Shown here: one piece after another, positions 28,338-38,295 of the stretch
Numbering within the stretch: position 1 is the stretch's first letter
Layout of the letters: each line of letters opens with the position of its first letter
Source: Verrucomicrobiales bacterium
GTDB taxonomy: Bacteria > Verrucomicrobiota > Verrucomicrobiia > Verrucomicrobiales > DEV007
Length of the DNA stretch: 64,000 nucleotides
Reading direction: 5' to 3'
NCBI GenBank assembly: GCA_041742015.1
Contig: JBGSJM010000216.1
Coordinates: 20,092 to 84,091 of the forward strand
Position numbers and translations under genes: made by a program
The notes under the pieces: model-generated
The model's database searches: none
What the model saw: only the letters and a program-made list of their open reading frames with translations
What the model was told of the DNA's origin: nothing

Positions 28338-29285
28338 TTACAGAGACGGAAACATGGGTAGCACCACCGAAAATGAGGTTTTTCCCGCCATATGTTCGTA
28401 GGTTGATCTCGCCACGGTGGCTGAATCGGTCGCAGCCCAGGGTGACTTCTGATAGGGATTGATGGAAGGGTCAGGTAGCCAGACCAGGTAAAAAGGAGCA
28501 GTGGGTGCAACTTGAAACCGCTTGATGTCAGCAGCTTCGTTAGCTAGCTGACGGCTCATATGTTCAAATGCGACAAACTGAGGGTAGAAACTATCGCCGT
28601 TACCAGGACCGTAATACACATCATAGTAATGCGTGAGTGCGGTCCCTACATAGCGGCGAACCGAAGCATAAGTTCCCGTCAAGTTGGACGGAGTAACGAA
28701 GTCAATTTCATAAATAGCGTTGACCTGAATTTGGTCTGCCACGTTGGAAGGGCCCAAAAGAAAAATCGTGGTGCAGGGGGCGTTGGTTGCTGGTAAATTT
28801 CTGATCGCGCTTGTAAAGATTCCAGTTGAAGTGGGTTCAACCATAGCTAGAAACGCACGAAACGCCTCCGGAGTATCCAGATTGGGTCTTTCCACTGTTC
28901 CGCCAGGATAACTTAGTGATTCAGGGCGGATCGTGTTCGGAACGGAACTGGACCGCGGGAGGCAGTAAATTGCGCTGGAGCGAGACGAATCCTCCACCAA
29001 CTTGTCCCTGATTTCCTGAGCAAACATAATTTTGCCGAAATTGGGAGCCTGGTAGGTTCTGATTTTTCCCGTGGAATTGCCATAAAAATTCTGGTTGGTT
29101 GTCTCCCCGATGTCTATTTCAATGATACTGGTAGTCCTTTTGGCATTGCTACCAATACTCATGATGGCCAGGGCACCAGTCCCAATACAGACAGCTGAAA
29201 TGGAAACTGCCACCAACATCTCAACAAAGGTGAAACCTGCCACCTTTCGGGCACCGTGGTGAGCGCTACTATGAAGGTCTTTCAT
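28338..29285 (-). CDS. Minor pilin (PilW/GspJ-like)
   Basis: AG^FTFVEMLV class III signal. Confidence 0.85.
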   Translation of the reverse strand: MKDLHSSAHHGARKVAGFTFVEMLVAVSISAVCIGTGALAIMSIGSNAKRTTSIIEIDIGETTNQNFYGNSTGKIRTYQAPNFGKIMFAQEIRDKLVEDSSRSSAIYCLPRSSSVPNTIRPESLSYPGGTVERPNLDTPEAFRAFLAMVEPTSTGIFTSAIRNLPATNAPCTTIFLLGPSNVADQIQVNAIYEIDFVTPSNLTGTYASVRRYVGTALTHYYDVYYGPGNGDSFYPQFVAFEHMSRQLANEAADIKRFQVAPTAPFYLVWLPDPSINPYQKSPWAATDSATVARSTYEHMAGKTSFSVVLPMFPSL

Positions 29286-29287
29286 CT

Positions 29288-29875
29288 TTATTGCCCTGAA
29301 AGATAATCCTGATTATATGAACCCCGCTTCGGCTTTAATACACCCATTTCTGGGGCGGCAGCATCTCCACTCTGGGTGGTTTGCCCCTGTAAAACATACC
29401 TGACAGCGGGTTTTACATCATAGTTAATTTGCAGGGTTTTACCGGTTAATTCCCCCGACTCGACATCCATCCAGCCGAGAACGATTTTTTCTTCAGCCAA
29501 ATCCACGACCTTGAGGTGTTGAGTCTGGTTAGAAATTAGCTGTGGCAGAACCAGGCCGCGTTCCAACAGGATGTCCCCGAGCAGAAGGCGGAGTCCATTT
29601 GAATTACGGCTGGTTCCTGATACCGATAGCGCATCAAGTTTTTTTCGAATCGCAATTTCTTCCACATTATGTTCTTCATCCTTATTCTTTTCCTCTTTGG
29701 GCGTCCTGTTTGAATAAGGGTTTATCTCAGAAGGTTTAAGAGTCAGGAACCGTTTTTCAGATGGACGCATTTCGATGTCCCGGGAACCCAAGCTATCATC
29801 CGTTCCCTGGCCGTTGCCTGAATGAACAACAAGCAGGCTGACAATGATTAAAAAGTTTTTCTTCATATGATTCAA
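29288..29875 (-). CDS. Exported pilus assembly protein (PilP/GspC position)
   Basis: Signal peptide, NPY motif, beta-rich C-terminus; synteny after PilMNO-like genes. Confidence 0.55.
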   Translation of the reverse strand: MNHMKKNFLIIVSLLVVHSGNGQGTDDSLGSRDIEMRPSEKRFLTLKPSEINPYSNRTPKEEKNKDEEHNVEEIAIRKKLDALSVSGTSRNSNGLRLLLGDILLERGLVLPQLISNQTQHLKVVDLAEEKIVLGWMDVESGELTGKTLQINYDVKPAVRYVLQGQTTQSGDAAAPEMGVLKPKRGSYNQDYLSGQ

Positions 29876-29888
29876 TAATTTGATTTTG

Positions 29889-30440
29889 CTATTTACCCGC
29901 GAGGCTTGTTTTTAATACTGGAACCTCAACCTTGAGTTCCATCCGGATGTTGTTTCCCCGGTCCCCCCGGACAATGTTACATTTTTTGATGCGGCAACTG
30001 GGGATGCTCTCTTCAAGTTTTCCCAGCCAGTTTAGGGTTTTCGAATAGTCATCCTCGACCACGAGATCAGCTATGAGGGCTCGGGAAATCAAACTGCCTT
30101 TATCGATTTCCTGATCATTAAACCTTTGGGAAAGAAGGAAAACATTTCCCTCACGAACCACATCAGTAATTTTCTGTTCAGCAGCCCGTGGATTCTTATA
30201 CGGTTCAAAGTGCGGGATCCATTCTGTATAAACCTTTCGGATGTTGGCGGTCTTGGCATCTATCGTTTTAAGTTTGATTTCCGAGAGTTTTGCCTGTTGT
30301 TCAGCCTGCTCAGCCTGGGCTTTGGCTGTGTTTGAGGCCTCCCGTGCGGCGACAGCCTTGGAACGTAGTTTGGTGACTCCAAATCCCATCAATAGGACTA
30401 GAACGAGGATAACTATTGAAGCTGCTTTGTGATTATTCAT
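29889..30440 (-). CDS. PilO-like protein
   Basis: N-terminal TM, coiled coil, DYSKTLNWLGKLEE ferredoxin-like pattern. Confidence 0.65.
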   Translation of the reverse strand: MNNHKAASIVILVLVLLMGFGVTKLRSKAVAAREASNTAKAQAEQAEQQAKLSEIKLKTIDAKTANIRKVYTEWIPHFEPYKNPRAAEQKITDVVREGNVFLLSQRFNDQEIDKGSLISRALIADLVVEDDYSKTLNWLGKLEESIPSCRIKKCNIVRGDRGNNIRMELKVEVPVLKTSLAGK

Positions 30441-30467
30441 AAGTGGATTATGGGTAACTAAATCTGA

Positions 30468-31019
30468 TTATTTTCTTTCGGAGTAGATCAGGGTGGCCTG
30501 AAAATCGGTTGCGTTTTTCGCCTTTACCTGCTGCGCAGAATAGGTTTGGTAGTTCAACGCATTGATGGATGCGAGAGTGGATTCGATCTGATCAGTCCCT
30601 CCGCCGTTAATCTTCAAATTCATAAAGGTGTGAGCCGGGATTTCCGGATTCCGGTCGAAAGTCAATTCTGCAATCGTGGAGTCCGTGGTCATGCTTCTTC
30701 CAATGGCTGCAGTGACGGGTTGGAGCGGACGAGCTCCCTCCAGCCACTTGGCGATTCCCTCAGCTTTTTCAGCGATACCAAGAATCTCTTTGTGAGATGC
30801 CTGGAATTTGCTGTCGCGGGACTTGGACTGGCCAAGCTGAATTTCATACTGGATTTTGGATGTCTTGTAGGCTCTGACACTTAAAAAGAAGAACAGGCTC
30901 AAAACGAGTGAAAACACCACCCCAAGATAGAAGGCAATCGGGATGATTTTATATGATGCCGGAAGTCCTCCGGACACACCTTGCCTTGGGGTTTTTAAAT
31001 CGTGGATAAGATTTTCCAT
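30468..31019 (-). CDS. PilN-like protein
   Basis: Short cytoplasmic N-terminus, TM, coiled coil; synteny. Confidence 0.6.
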   Translation of the reverse strand: MENLIHDLKTPRQGVSGGLPASYKIIPIAFYLGVVFSLVLSLFFFLSVRAYKTSKIQYEIQLGQSKSRDSKFQASHKEILGIAEKAEGIAKWLEGARPLQPVTAAIGRSMTTDSTIAELTFDRNPEIPAHTFMNLKINGGGTDQIESTLASINALNYQTYSAQQVKAKNATDFQATLIYSERK

Positions 31020-31089
31020 TTTTTGTGATTGGGTATAGATAAAGTGTTGTTGCTTGGTAGCGGAAATCCGATTCGGGTCGTTGAATGGT

Positions 31090-31956
31090 TTAGCCGTTGG
31101 CTAGAATATTCCAAAGTTGATTCTCCTCTGTCACATCGCTGACATTGAGGTTTGAAAGTTTCGGCAGGTATTGGACGGCAAAATCGCTGCCGTGCTTTTC
31201 ACCCATATAGATGACCCTGGTTTGAGGCGTGGCCCGCTCGATGAATGGTTTTAAAACGGTGGCAATCGCGTTTTCATCGTCTGCAGAGATACCGCTGCGG
31301 CAGCGAAGGTCTTGCCATTGACCACCTTTCTGGCGAAGCACGCTGAGTGCCCCGTTGTTCCATGTTATGACAAGAAGATCCTGCTGTTTTAAGTTGGGAT
31401 CAGCAGCGAGTCGGTTTAACAGATTCGCCGTCATCGCGAATAATCCGCTACAAACCCGGGCAGCTCTCAAATTGTTGGACCGAAGCGTCTCCTCGGTCGC
31501 CTTGATCATGGACTCGTCCGCAGCAAGCAGCAGGCTGGCGCTGGAATCAGGGCTGTGATGCAGGGCATATCTTTTGGTTCGATCATATTTGGAACCGAGA
31601 ATAGATTTGGGATTGGCGACAAGCTCGTCTTCCCAACCCTTTTTACGGGAAAGGTTGTGTTCCAGGGTGAAGATAAAACGGTTGTTCAGAGATATTCCGA
31701 TCCAGCCATCTTCGGTATTGGCGTGCCACGCACTTCCCATATCACCGGCCACTTCGACAAATTCGCCGGGACACTCGCCAATATCCACCACTTGGTTTTT
31801 CTTATCAAGGTAGGCCCAGGAAACCTGGCCCCGACTGATATTCACAATGACGGATTTTCTTTTTGGGAAACGCTGCGCCCAATTATACTTTGGATTATCT
31901 GCCTCGGGACGAAATGCCGCAAAGGTGAGAACGTCTTTGATGTCTTTGAATTCCAT
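31090..31956 (-). CDS. Divergent PilM/GspL-like cytoplasmic protein
   Basis: No TM; directly upstream of PilN/O-like genes; weak actin-fold-like pattern. Confidence 0.5.
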   Translation of the reverse strand: MEFKDIKDVLTFAAFRPEADNPKYNWAQRFPKRKSVIVNISRGQVSWAYLDKKNQVVDIGECPGEFVEVAGDMGSAWHANTEDGWIGISLNNRFIFTLEHNLSRKKGWEDELVANPKSILGSKYDRTKRYALHHSPDSSASLLLAADESMIKATEETLRSNNLRAARVCSGLFAMTANLLNRLAADPNLKQQDLLVITWNNGALSVLRQKGGQWQDLRCRSGISADDENAIATVLKPFIERATPQTRVIYMGEKHGSDFAVQYLPKLSNLNVSDVTEENQLWNILANG

Positions 31957-31962
31957 GATGTT

Positions 31963-33030
31963 TTAGTAGGTAACCGTTTCCTGTCCGATAATGGTTTCTT
32001 TGTGTAAATATTCAGCCACCTCGTATTGAGAGTAGCCAGTTGGCTTGGCAACGCTGCTCCTCCAGCCTTCCAATTCGCGATGAGCCAGGGAGTGCTCAAA
32101 ATTTTGCATTCCCTTGGTTTGACCGGTTTCCAATTCATGTTCGAGGCGCTTGAAATCGCCCCTTCGGATCATCCCGGTAACGGAATCATAGGGAAACAGG
32201 ATTTCATGAACCGGGAAACGCCGGTCCCGATCATTGTCATAAAGCAGACTTTGACAGAGAATCATTCGCATCGCGTCGGCGAAGGACAGCATGGCATTCT
32301 CCAATCGTTCGCTCGGAACCAGTTTTAAAAATCGTTGCACGGTCTGGGCTGCAGATGAGGTGTGCATGGTTGCGATGACCACGTGACCAGTTTCTGCTGC
32401 CTGCAGCGCGATCTCCGCTGTTTCGCCATCTCGAATCTCACCAATCATGATGACATCAGGAGCCTGGCGGAGTGAAGCTCTTAGCGATTGGGCAAAGTCC
32501 AGTTCATCACTACCCATTTCCCTCTGAGTAATCAGCGAGGCACAATCCGTAGGCAGGATATATTCAACCGGATCTTCGAAAGTGATGACGTGCTCGCGGC
32601 GGCGTTTCGCACGGGCTGTGATCATCGATGCAATGGTGGTTGATTTACCCGATCCAGTTGCTCCACAAACCAAAAAGAGTCCGTTTTTCGCCTCCAAATA
32701 GGCCTTCATGGCTTGAGGTGGCAGCGAAATTTGTTCCGGAGTTGGAATTTGATTGGGCAAAAGACGCATGACCCAGCGATAGCGCCCCCGGGTGACCAAC
32801 TCATTAACCCGGAAACGAAGCGGCCCGATCTGGATCGCGTAGTCCTTGCAGCCGGGCACCACATGGAGGGGTGTTTCCGGTTGGAATATAAAGGAGTCCA
32901 CCATGAGATCCCCGTTTTTGCGGAAAACGAGCTGCTCATAGGGCGTGATGTAAAAGTCACTGATATTATGCGTCTGGGCGAGATGCATGATGCGATTCCC
33001 CAGCGGACTTTTTTCGTTAATACCTTTCAT
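31963..33030 (-). CDS. pilT: PilT/PilU family ATPase
   Basis: GATGSGKST, EDPVE, LRQAPDVIMIGEIRD, TGHVVIATMH, GMQ; 355 aa. Confidence 0.85.
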   Translation of the reverse strand: MKGINEKSPLGNRIMHLAQTHNISDFYITPYEQLVFRKNGDLMVDSFIFQPETPLHVVPGCKDYAIQIGPLRFRVNELVTRGRYRWVMRLLPNQIPTPEQISLPPQAMKAYLEAKNGLFLVCGATGSGKSTTIASMITARAKRRREHVITFEDPVEYILPTDCASLITQREMGSDELDFAQSLRASLRQAPDVIMIGEIRDGETAEIALQAAETGHVVIATMHTSSAAQTVQRFLKLVPSERLENAMLSFADAMRMILCQSLLYDNDRDRRFPVHEILFPYDSVTGMIRRGDFKRLEHELETGQTKGMQNFEHSLAHRELEGWRSSVAKPTGYSQYEVAEYLHKETIIGQETVTY

Positions 33031-33197
33031 CAGTTTAAAAACTTTTGTCTTAAATTTAGCTTACTTTATATAATTTACATAATTTTCATAAATAATCAAT
33101 GTTTTAAATAACTCATTCCTTGAAATTTATTAAAATTACCGCTTGATTGTTAAGAAAACTAAAATATTTTGTTTTGTTAATATTTAATTTTAAAAAT
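33031..33197. promoter_or_regulatory. Very AT-rich divergent promoter region (pilT operon / secretin)
   Basis: About 170 bp of mostly A/T between divergent starts. Confidence 0.6.
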
Positions 33198-35312
33198 ATG
33201 AAAACAAAGCTTCTCCTATTCTCAATCCTATTCGCCTCAGTTTCAGGCGCTAAACTCAAGGCCCAAGTGCCTTATTCCAGTAACGACACCTATGAAATGG
33301 CGGCATCCGATCTCCGGTCGGCTCCTCCACGACAATACAATTTCTCGAAAGCTGTCATGAGCGACGTGATGCGCTTGATGGCGGAGGACGCCGGAATCAG
33401 CTTCTTCGGCCTTCCGGATGCAGGCGATGGCAATGAACGCATGGTTACCTTCACGATCAATGCAGCCCCTTTTACAGCTCTAGAAACTCTGGCTAAAGCC
33501 AATGGAGTTTCCCTGATCCATGAAAACGGAATCTGGTATATTCGCCCCGCCAATGATAGCGAATTGATCGGCAGGATCTATGAAATCAACTACAACGCCC
33601 AGGAATTAGTGAAGAAAAACGGCCAGGGAAGTTCGCTGGGTAATTCCTCAAGCGGTTCTCAACAAAGTGGCGGCGGCGGTGGAGGTGGGATCAGTCTCCA
33701 GGGGGCACCTGACTTCTTTGAAGTGGAACCTAGCCGATTGCTTGATGATATTAAGGGAATTCTCGACATTCCGACCACAGGTGCTTATGCCAATATCGCT
33801 GCGACCACGTCGGTTGATACCATTGGTCAGCTTTCTTTGCGCGGCTTTCAAAACCAGCCTGGCATTGCCGCACCGGCCATGAATGAAAGTGATAATGCCG
33901 ATTCCCAGGCGAAGGTGATTTGGAACAGTGATTCGAACACTCTCTATGTTGTGGCATCGCGCCAACAGCATCAGTGGATTGAAGCATACTTGGCTTCAGC
34001 AGACCGCGAACAAACCATGATTGCCGTTGAAATCAAATTCCTTGAAACCAGCCGCGACCCCAATCTTGATCTCGGAATCGACTGGACAGGAATGCTTGGT
34101 GGTCAAAATGGAATTAATACCGGTCTTTCCGGTGCCAATACCGGAATCCTTGATCTTGGAAATATCGCGAACGCAACCCTGCCAGTAGCGGTTCTCAGTT
34201 ACAGCGATTTGAACATGAAGCTCAAATCGATCTACACAGACTCATCAACCCGATCAGTGTCCTACCCTAGGATGGTTACTCTTGATAACCGTGAAGTGAC
34301 CTTCCGCAGTGTTATAAACCAGCCCGTGCTCTCCTCTTCAGCCAGTGCCAGCCTAGGCGCCGGTGCCACGCAGACCTCGGCCATTGAATACCTGCCCATC
34401 GGAACCGTGATCAACGTGCTTCCGAAAACGATGACCGCCGACAAGATTTTGCTCAACGTCTCTGTCACCGTATCAGACATTGTCGGAACTGAAGTTATTA
34501 ATGGCAACCCTTTCCCGATTGCTTCATCCCGGGTTTACACCGCACCATTGACCGTAAGGAGTGGTTACACAGTGGCAATCAGCGGTTTGGATGCGGCAAA
34601 CTGCAGCAGCACCGAATCAGGCGTGCCATTCTTCGGCCAATTGCCCGGCCTGGGTGCTGCCTTCAAATTTAAAAATAAAAGAAACTCTCGTCAGCACCTT
34701 ATGATGCTCATCACTCCGGTAATCATTAACGGCTGCGGTGTCAGTAAAAAACCAATTACCAAAGATCCATGGTGCACACCTTGTGGTGAGGCGATTCCGG
34801 CCAAAGGTGGTCTGAGTGCCGTTCCAACCAGGAAGTATAACTCTAGCTTCCAAGCTCGCAAAACATCACACAGCTTTGGTAGAAAAGAAGCCAGTATAAA
34901 AGAGACTGCTTATGCCAGCGCCACACCCGTTCGGCCTTCATCAGTCAATAGCGTTCCGACCTTTGCCCAGCCCATCTCCGGCTCTTCGCCAGTAGTCTCT
35001 CCTCAAGTTGTAGCGACCCCACTGCCCACATCTCCAGCGCGGGTTGGTAAAACGCCAGTTGCTCCAGCCAAACCTGATCCGCAGATTGTCCAAATTGATC
35101 AGCGCATCAACGATCTCCGCTCAACCTTAGACAAGGCCCAACCCAGCGATAAAACCAAAATTAACGAGGTTGTTGCCGAATCCAAGACTCTGCTTTCCCA
35201 AATAGAGGCCATCCGCGGATCTGATACCAGCTCCATGACCGGCGAATTGGGTGACACCTGGTGGAAAGTGATCAAGCTTAAAACAGATGCCACAAAAATG
35301 AGTCGCGAATAA
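33198..35312 (+). CDS. Secretin (PilQ/GspD family) with long C-terminal extension
   Basis: Signal peptide, N0/N3 domains, LGIDW, PRMVTLDN, GVPFFGQLPGLGAAF, LMMLITPVII. Confidence 0.9.
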   Translation: MKTKLLLFSILFASVSGAKLKAQVPYSSNDTYEMAASDLRSAPPRQYNFSKAVMSDVMRLMAEDAGISFFGLPDAGDGNERMVTFTINAAPFTALETLAKANGVSLIHENGIWYIRPANDSELIGRIYEINYNAQELVKKNGQGSSLGNSSSGSQQSGGGGGGGISLQGAPDFFEVEPSRLLDDIKGILDIPTTGAYANIAATTSVDTIGQLSLRGFQNQPGIAAPAMNESDNADSQAKVIWNSDSNTLYVVASRQQHQWIEAYLASADREQTMIAVEIKFLETSRDPNLDLGIDWTGMLGGQNGINTGLSGANTGILDLGNIANATLPVAVLSYSDLNMKLKSIYTDSSTRSVSYPRMVTLDNREVTFRSVINQPVLSSSASASLGAGATQTSAIEYLPIGTVINVLPKTMTADKILLNVSVTVSDIVGTEVINGNPFPIASSRVYTAPLTVRSGYTVAISGLDAANCSSTESGVPFFGQLPGLGAAFKFKNKRNSRQHLMMLITPVIINGCGVSKKPITKDPWCTPCGEAIPAKGGLSAVPTRKYNSSFQARKTSHSFGRKEASIKETAYASATPVRPSSVNSVPTFAQPISGSSPVVSPQVVATPLPTSPARVGKTPVAPAKPDPQIVQIDQRINDLRSTLDKAQPSDKTKINEVVAESKTLLSQIEAIRGSDTSSMTGELGDTWWKVIKLKTDATKMSRE

Positions 35313-35409
35313 ACCAAAACACAAACAAACCGATTCGGAATTTTTGGCAAATTCCGCTACCAGCCAACCAACTTACGATTTTTGCCAATTTTAGGAGAAA
35401 CAAGAAGCT

Positions 35410-35446
35410 GCTGTCCCGTCTTAATTGGCGGGGCAGCGTTTTTTTT
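35410..35446 (+). terminator. Rho-independent terminator
   Basis: GCTGTCCCGTC-ttaatt-GGCGGGGCAGC followed by a T run. Confidence 0.8.
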
Positions 35447-35491
35447 GCATCGTCCCTTGGATTGATTACATTTGAGATCCGTCAAAGCCTG

Positions 35492-36157
35492 ATGGAACGT
35501 CTCAGAGCAATGGAACCACAACTCATCAAAAGAAGATCAGGACAGCGCAATCTGTTTGTCACCTTTTTGGACAATGGGGTTCTGCTTCTGGGCCTTGCCT
35601 TTATCGCCTGGATTCTGGAGTTGGTTGACTGGATGCTGAGGACTTCCTCGCCAGACGGGAGCTTCACTCTGGACCGTTTTGGTATTCTTCCCCGGAACCC
35701 CCACAGTTTGGTGGGTATTGTGACTTCTCACTGGCTCCATGGCGGTTTTACCCATCTTGTGTCAAACACGGTACCATTTATCATATTGGGCGGTTTTGTG
35801 CTCCTTGGCGGACGGGCTTTATTTTGGAAAGTCAGCTTTCTCGTTTCCCTTCTCGGCGGGGCGGCTCTCTGGTGCTGCGGAGGACCTGGCAATCACCTCG
35901 GGGCTAGTTTAGTCATTTTCGGGTACCTCGGCTTTCTGCTCACCCGCGGCATTTTTGAAAAAAGCGCCCTGTGGATTTCAATTGCGGTGATCACTCTGGT
36001 TCTTTATGGGGGGATGATTTTTGGGGTCCTCCCCTCGCAGGACGGCGTATCCTGGGAAGGGCATCTGTTCGGCTTTTTCAGCGGAATTCTCGCAGCGAAG
36101 CTCCTGGTGCCGAAAAACCGTCCGATTTATCAGTTTAATCATGGCAGATCGACCTAA
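35492..36157 (+). CDS. Rhomboid intramembrane serine protease
   Basis: HGGFTHLVSN, GAS, SWEGHLFG. Confidence 0.9.
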   Translation: MERLRAMEPQLIKRRSGQRNLFVTFLDNGVLLLGLAFIAWILELVDWMLRTSSPDGSFTLDRFGILPRNPHSLVGIVTSHWLHGGFTHLVSNTVPFIILGGFVLLGGRALFWKVSFLVSLLGGAALWCCGGPGNHLGASLVIFGYLGFLLTRGIFEKSALWISIAVITLVLYGGMIFGVLPSQDGVSWEGHLFGFFSGILAAKLLVPKNRPIYQFNHGRST

Positions 36158-36989
36158 CAGGGTACAGTCAAAGACGGTACAGGGTACAATGACCGATCAT
36201 AGAGGGTACAGTGGGGAGGCTAAAGTCATTGCCGACTTCAGCCCTCGGCTGACCCGGTTTATGACCTGGATATTTACCCGCCAGCTCAAAAAAAATTTCC
36301 ATGCCATTCACCTCCTTTCAGCGCCACCAACGGTTGATGGGCCTTTGATTTGTGTGATGAATCATCCCTCTTGGAATGATCCCATGTTGATTATGTTTTT
36401 GAGTTACCGATTTTTCCCTTCGCGAGAGGCCTACGGCCCCATCGATGCCCGGGCTCTGGAGGGTTACGGTTTTTTTTCGAAAACTGGTCTCTACGGGGTC
36501 ACCCACGGGAACGCCGGAGGCATCCGTCAATTTCTCCGGACCAGTCTCGCGATCCTAAATCGCTCGGCTACCGTGATTTGGATTACCGCCCAGGGAAAGT
36601 TTAGCGATATTCGGGAGCGCCCCGTCAAGTTCGAGCCGGGCTTGGGCGGTATATTGCAGGCTATTAAAGAGCCGGTTACGGTCTTGGTGGTTGCCGTGGA
36701 ATATGGCTTTGGGGTGGAGCAGAAGCCGGAGATTTTTGTTCATTTTGGGGAGCCCGTATCACTTTCCCCCGGTAGCCACGCCAGGGCATTGACCGCCCGT
36801 TGCGAACAGATGATGGAACGGGCTCAGGACTATCTGGCCCAAAAAGTCATCACCAAAAATCTGGGGGAATTCCAAACCATTCTGGGAGGTGCCGTGGGTG
36901 TGGGTGGCTTTTATGGACTCTGGCAGCGAGGCAAAGCCGTAATCCAGGGGAAAAAATACGATCCGAGCCATAAATCTCTCACCTCATGA
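36141..36989 (+). CDS. PlsC-type acyltransferase (carotenoid/glycolipid acyltransferase-like)
   Basis: NHPSWND (HxxxxD), WITAQG; coupled to GT2. Confidence 0.8.
   Translation: MADRPNRVQSKTVQGTMTDHRGYSGEAKVIADFSPRLTRFMTWIFTRQLKKNFHAIHLLSAPPTVDGPLICVMNHPSWNDPMLIMFLSYRFFPSREAYGPIDARALEGYGFFSKTGLYGVTHGNAGGIRQFLRTSLAILNRSATVIWITAQGKFSDIRERPVKFEPGLGGILQAIKEPVTVLVVAVEYGFGVEQKPEIFVHFGEPVSLSPGSHARALTARCEQMMERAQDYLAQKVITKNLGEFQTILGGAVGVGGFYGLWQRGKAVIQGKKYDPSHKSLTS
36151..36212 (-). repeat. 22-bp-phased TGTACCCTGT cluster 4 (3 units, in acyltransferase 5' end)
   Basis: ACAGGGTACA at 36157, 36179 and AGAGGGTACA at 36201. Confidence 0.88.
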
Positions 36990-38155
36990 CAGAATTCTTC
37001 ACCCAAGCTGCAGCGCCTATCGTCCTGGTGGTGTTTATTCTGGCAGCGATTCCGGCGGTTTTGACGGTTTGTAATCATCTGGCTTTCAGGGTTCCTCCCA
37101 AGCCCTGCCCGCTTGACTCCCTTCCGGAAATTTCAATTTTGATACCGGCCCGGAACGAAGCATTAAATATTGAATCCGCCGTTCAGGCAGCGTTAAAAAG
37201 TGTCGACGCCGTGGTTGAAGTTATCGTGCTGGATGATCATTCCACCGACGCCACCGCCGCGATTGTTCAAGAAATCGCCGCAGTGGATTCACGGGTCCGG
37301 CTGGTTCCAGCCCCTGAACTCCCCGCTGGATGGTGCGGGAAACAGCATGCCTGTGCACGTCTGGCTGAGCAGGCCCGGTATGAGCTGTTGCTCTTTCTCG
37401 ATGCAGATGTCACCATGGCTCCTCAGGGACCGTCCCGGCTGGCGGCTTTTTTGAAAAAGAGCGGGGCAGGATTGGTGAGCGCTTTTCCACAGCAGGAAAC
37501 CAAGACATTTTTGGAGAAACTGCTCATTCCCTTAATCGAATACATCCTTCTCGCCTACCTGCCCATTGCCATGGGCCGCCGCAGTCGTAAGATGAGTTTG
37601 GGAGCCGGTTGCGGTCAGGTTTTTCTCGCCAACAAGACCGCCTACGAGGCTGCAGGCGGGCACAGCGCCATCAAGGAATCCATGCACGACGGAGTGAAAC
37701 TCCCCCGCGCCTTTAGGAAAGCGGGTTTTCACACCGATTTGTGTGCAGGTTATCCTTTTTTCAACTGCCGGATGTATCACTCCGCCGGGGAAGTCTGGAA
37801 CGGATTACTGAAAAATGCTCACGAAGGCATTGCCCATCCCCGTACGATTCTCCCTTTTTCCCTGTTATTGATCGGTGCCAGCACGGCTCCATTGGTGATT
37901 TTATTTTTAAGTCCTGCATTTTTGAGTGCTTTTTGGGCGGCAGGAATCAGGGATTCACCGATGTGGATGATCAATCTGGGGGCATGGCTGGCTATTTTGC
38001 CCAGGACTCTTAATACCATCCGATTCAATCAGAGTATTATCGGGCTGCTTTTGCATCCAGTGGCAGTTGGGTTGTTTTTGATCATTCAGTGGCAGGCATT
38101 TTTTCGTCGGCTTAGGGGCGTCAAATCCGTTTGGAAAGGGCGAACCGCATCCTAG
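36986..38155 (+). CDS. GT2 glycosyltransferase (CrtQ/HpnB-like)
   Basis: IPARNE, DDHSTD, GWCGKQHAC, FLDAD, RMY, WKGR. Confidence 0.88.
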   Translation: MTEFFTQAAAPIVLVVFILAAIPAVLTVCNHLAFRVPPKPCPLDSLPEISILIPARNEALNIESAVQAALKSVDAVVEVIVLDDHSTDATAAIVQEIAAVDSRVRLVPAPELPAGWCGKQHACARLAEQARYELLLFLDADVTMAPQGPSRLAAFLKKSGAGLVSAFPQQETKTFLEKLLIPLIEYILLAYLPIAMGRRSRKMSLGAGCGQVFLANKTAYEAAGGHSAIKESMHDGVKLPRAFRKAGFHTDLCAGYPFFNCRMYHSAGEVWNGLLKNAHEGIAHPRTILPFSLLLIGASTAPLVILFLSPAFLSAFWAAGIRDSPMWMINLGAWLAILPRTLNTIRFNQSIIGLLLHPVAVGLFLIIQWQAFFRRLRGVKSVWKGRTAS

Positions 38156-38295
38156 AAAATCAGAATAAATCTGAATTTTTGATTAAAATTGGCTGTTCTA
38201 AGAGTTTGAAGATTTTGCCACTTGGAAAGCCCGTCAGGGTGCTTGCCATTATTATTCATTAGGGATAGGGTAAGAAAGTATTTTAAAAATGTTCT

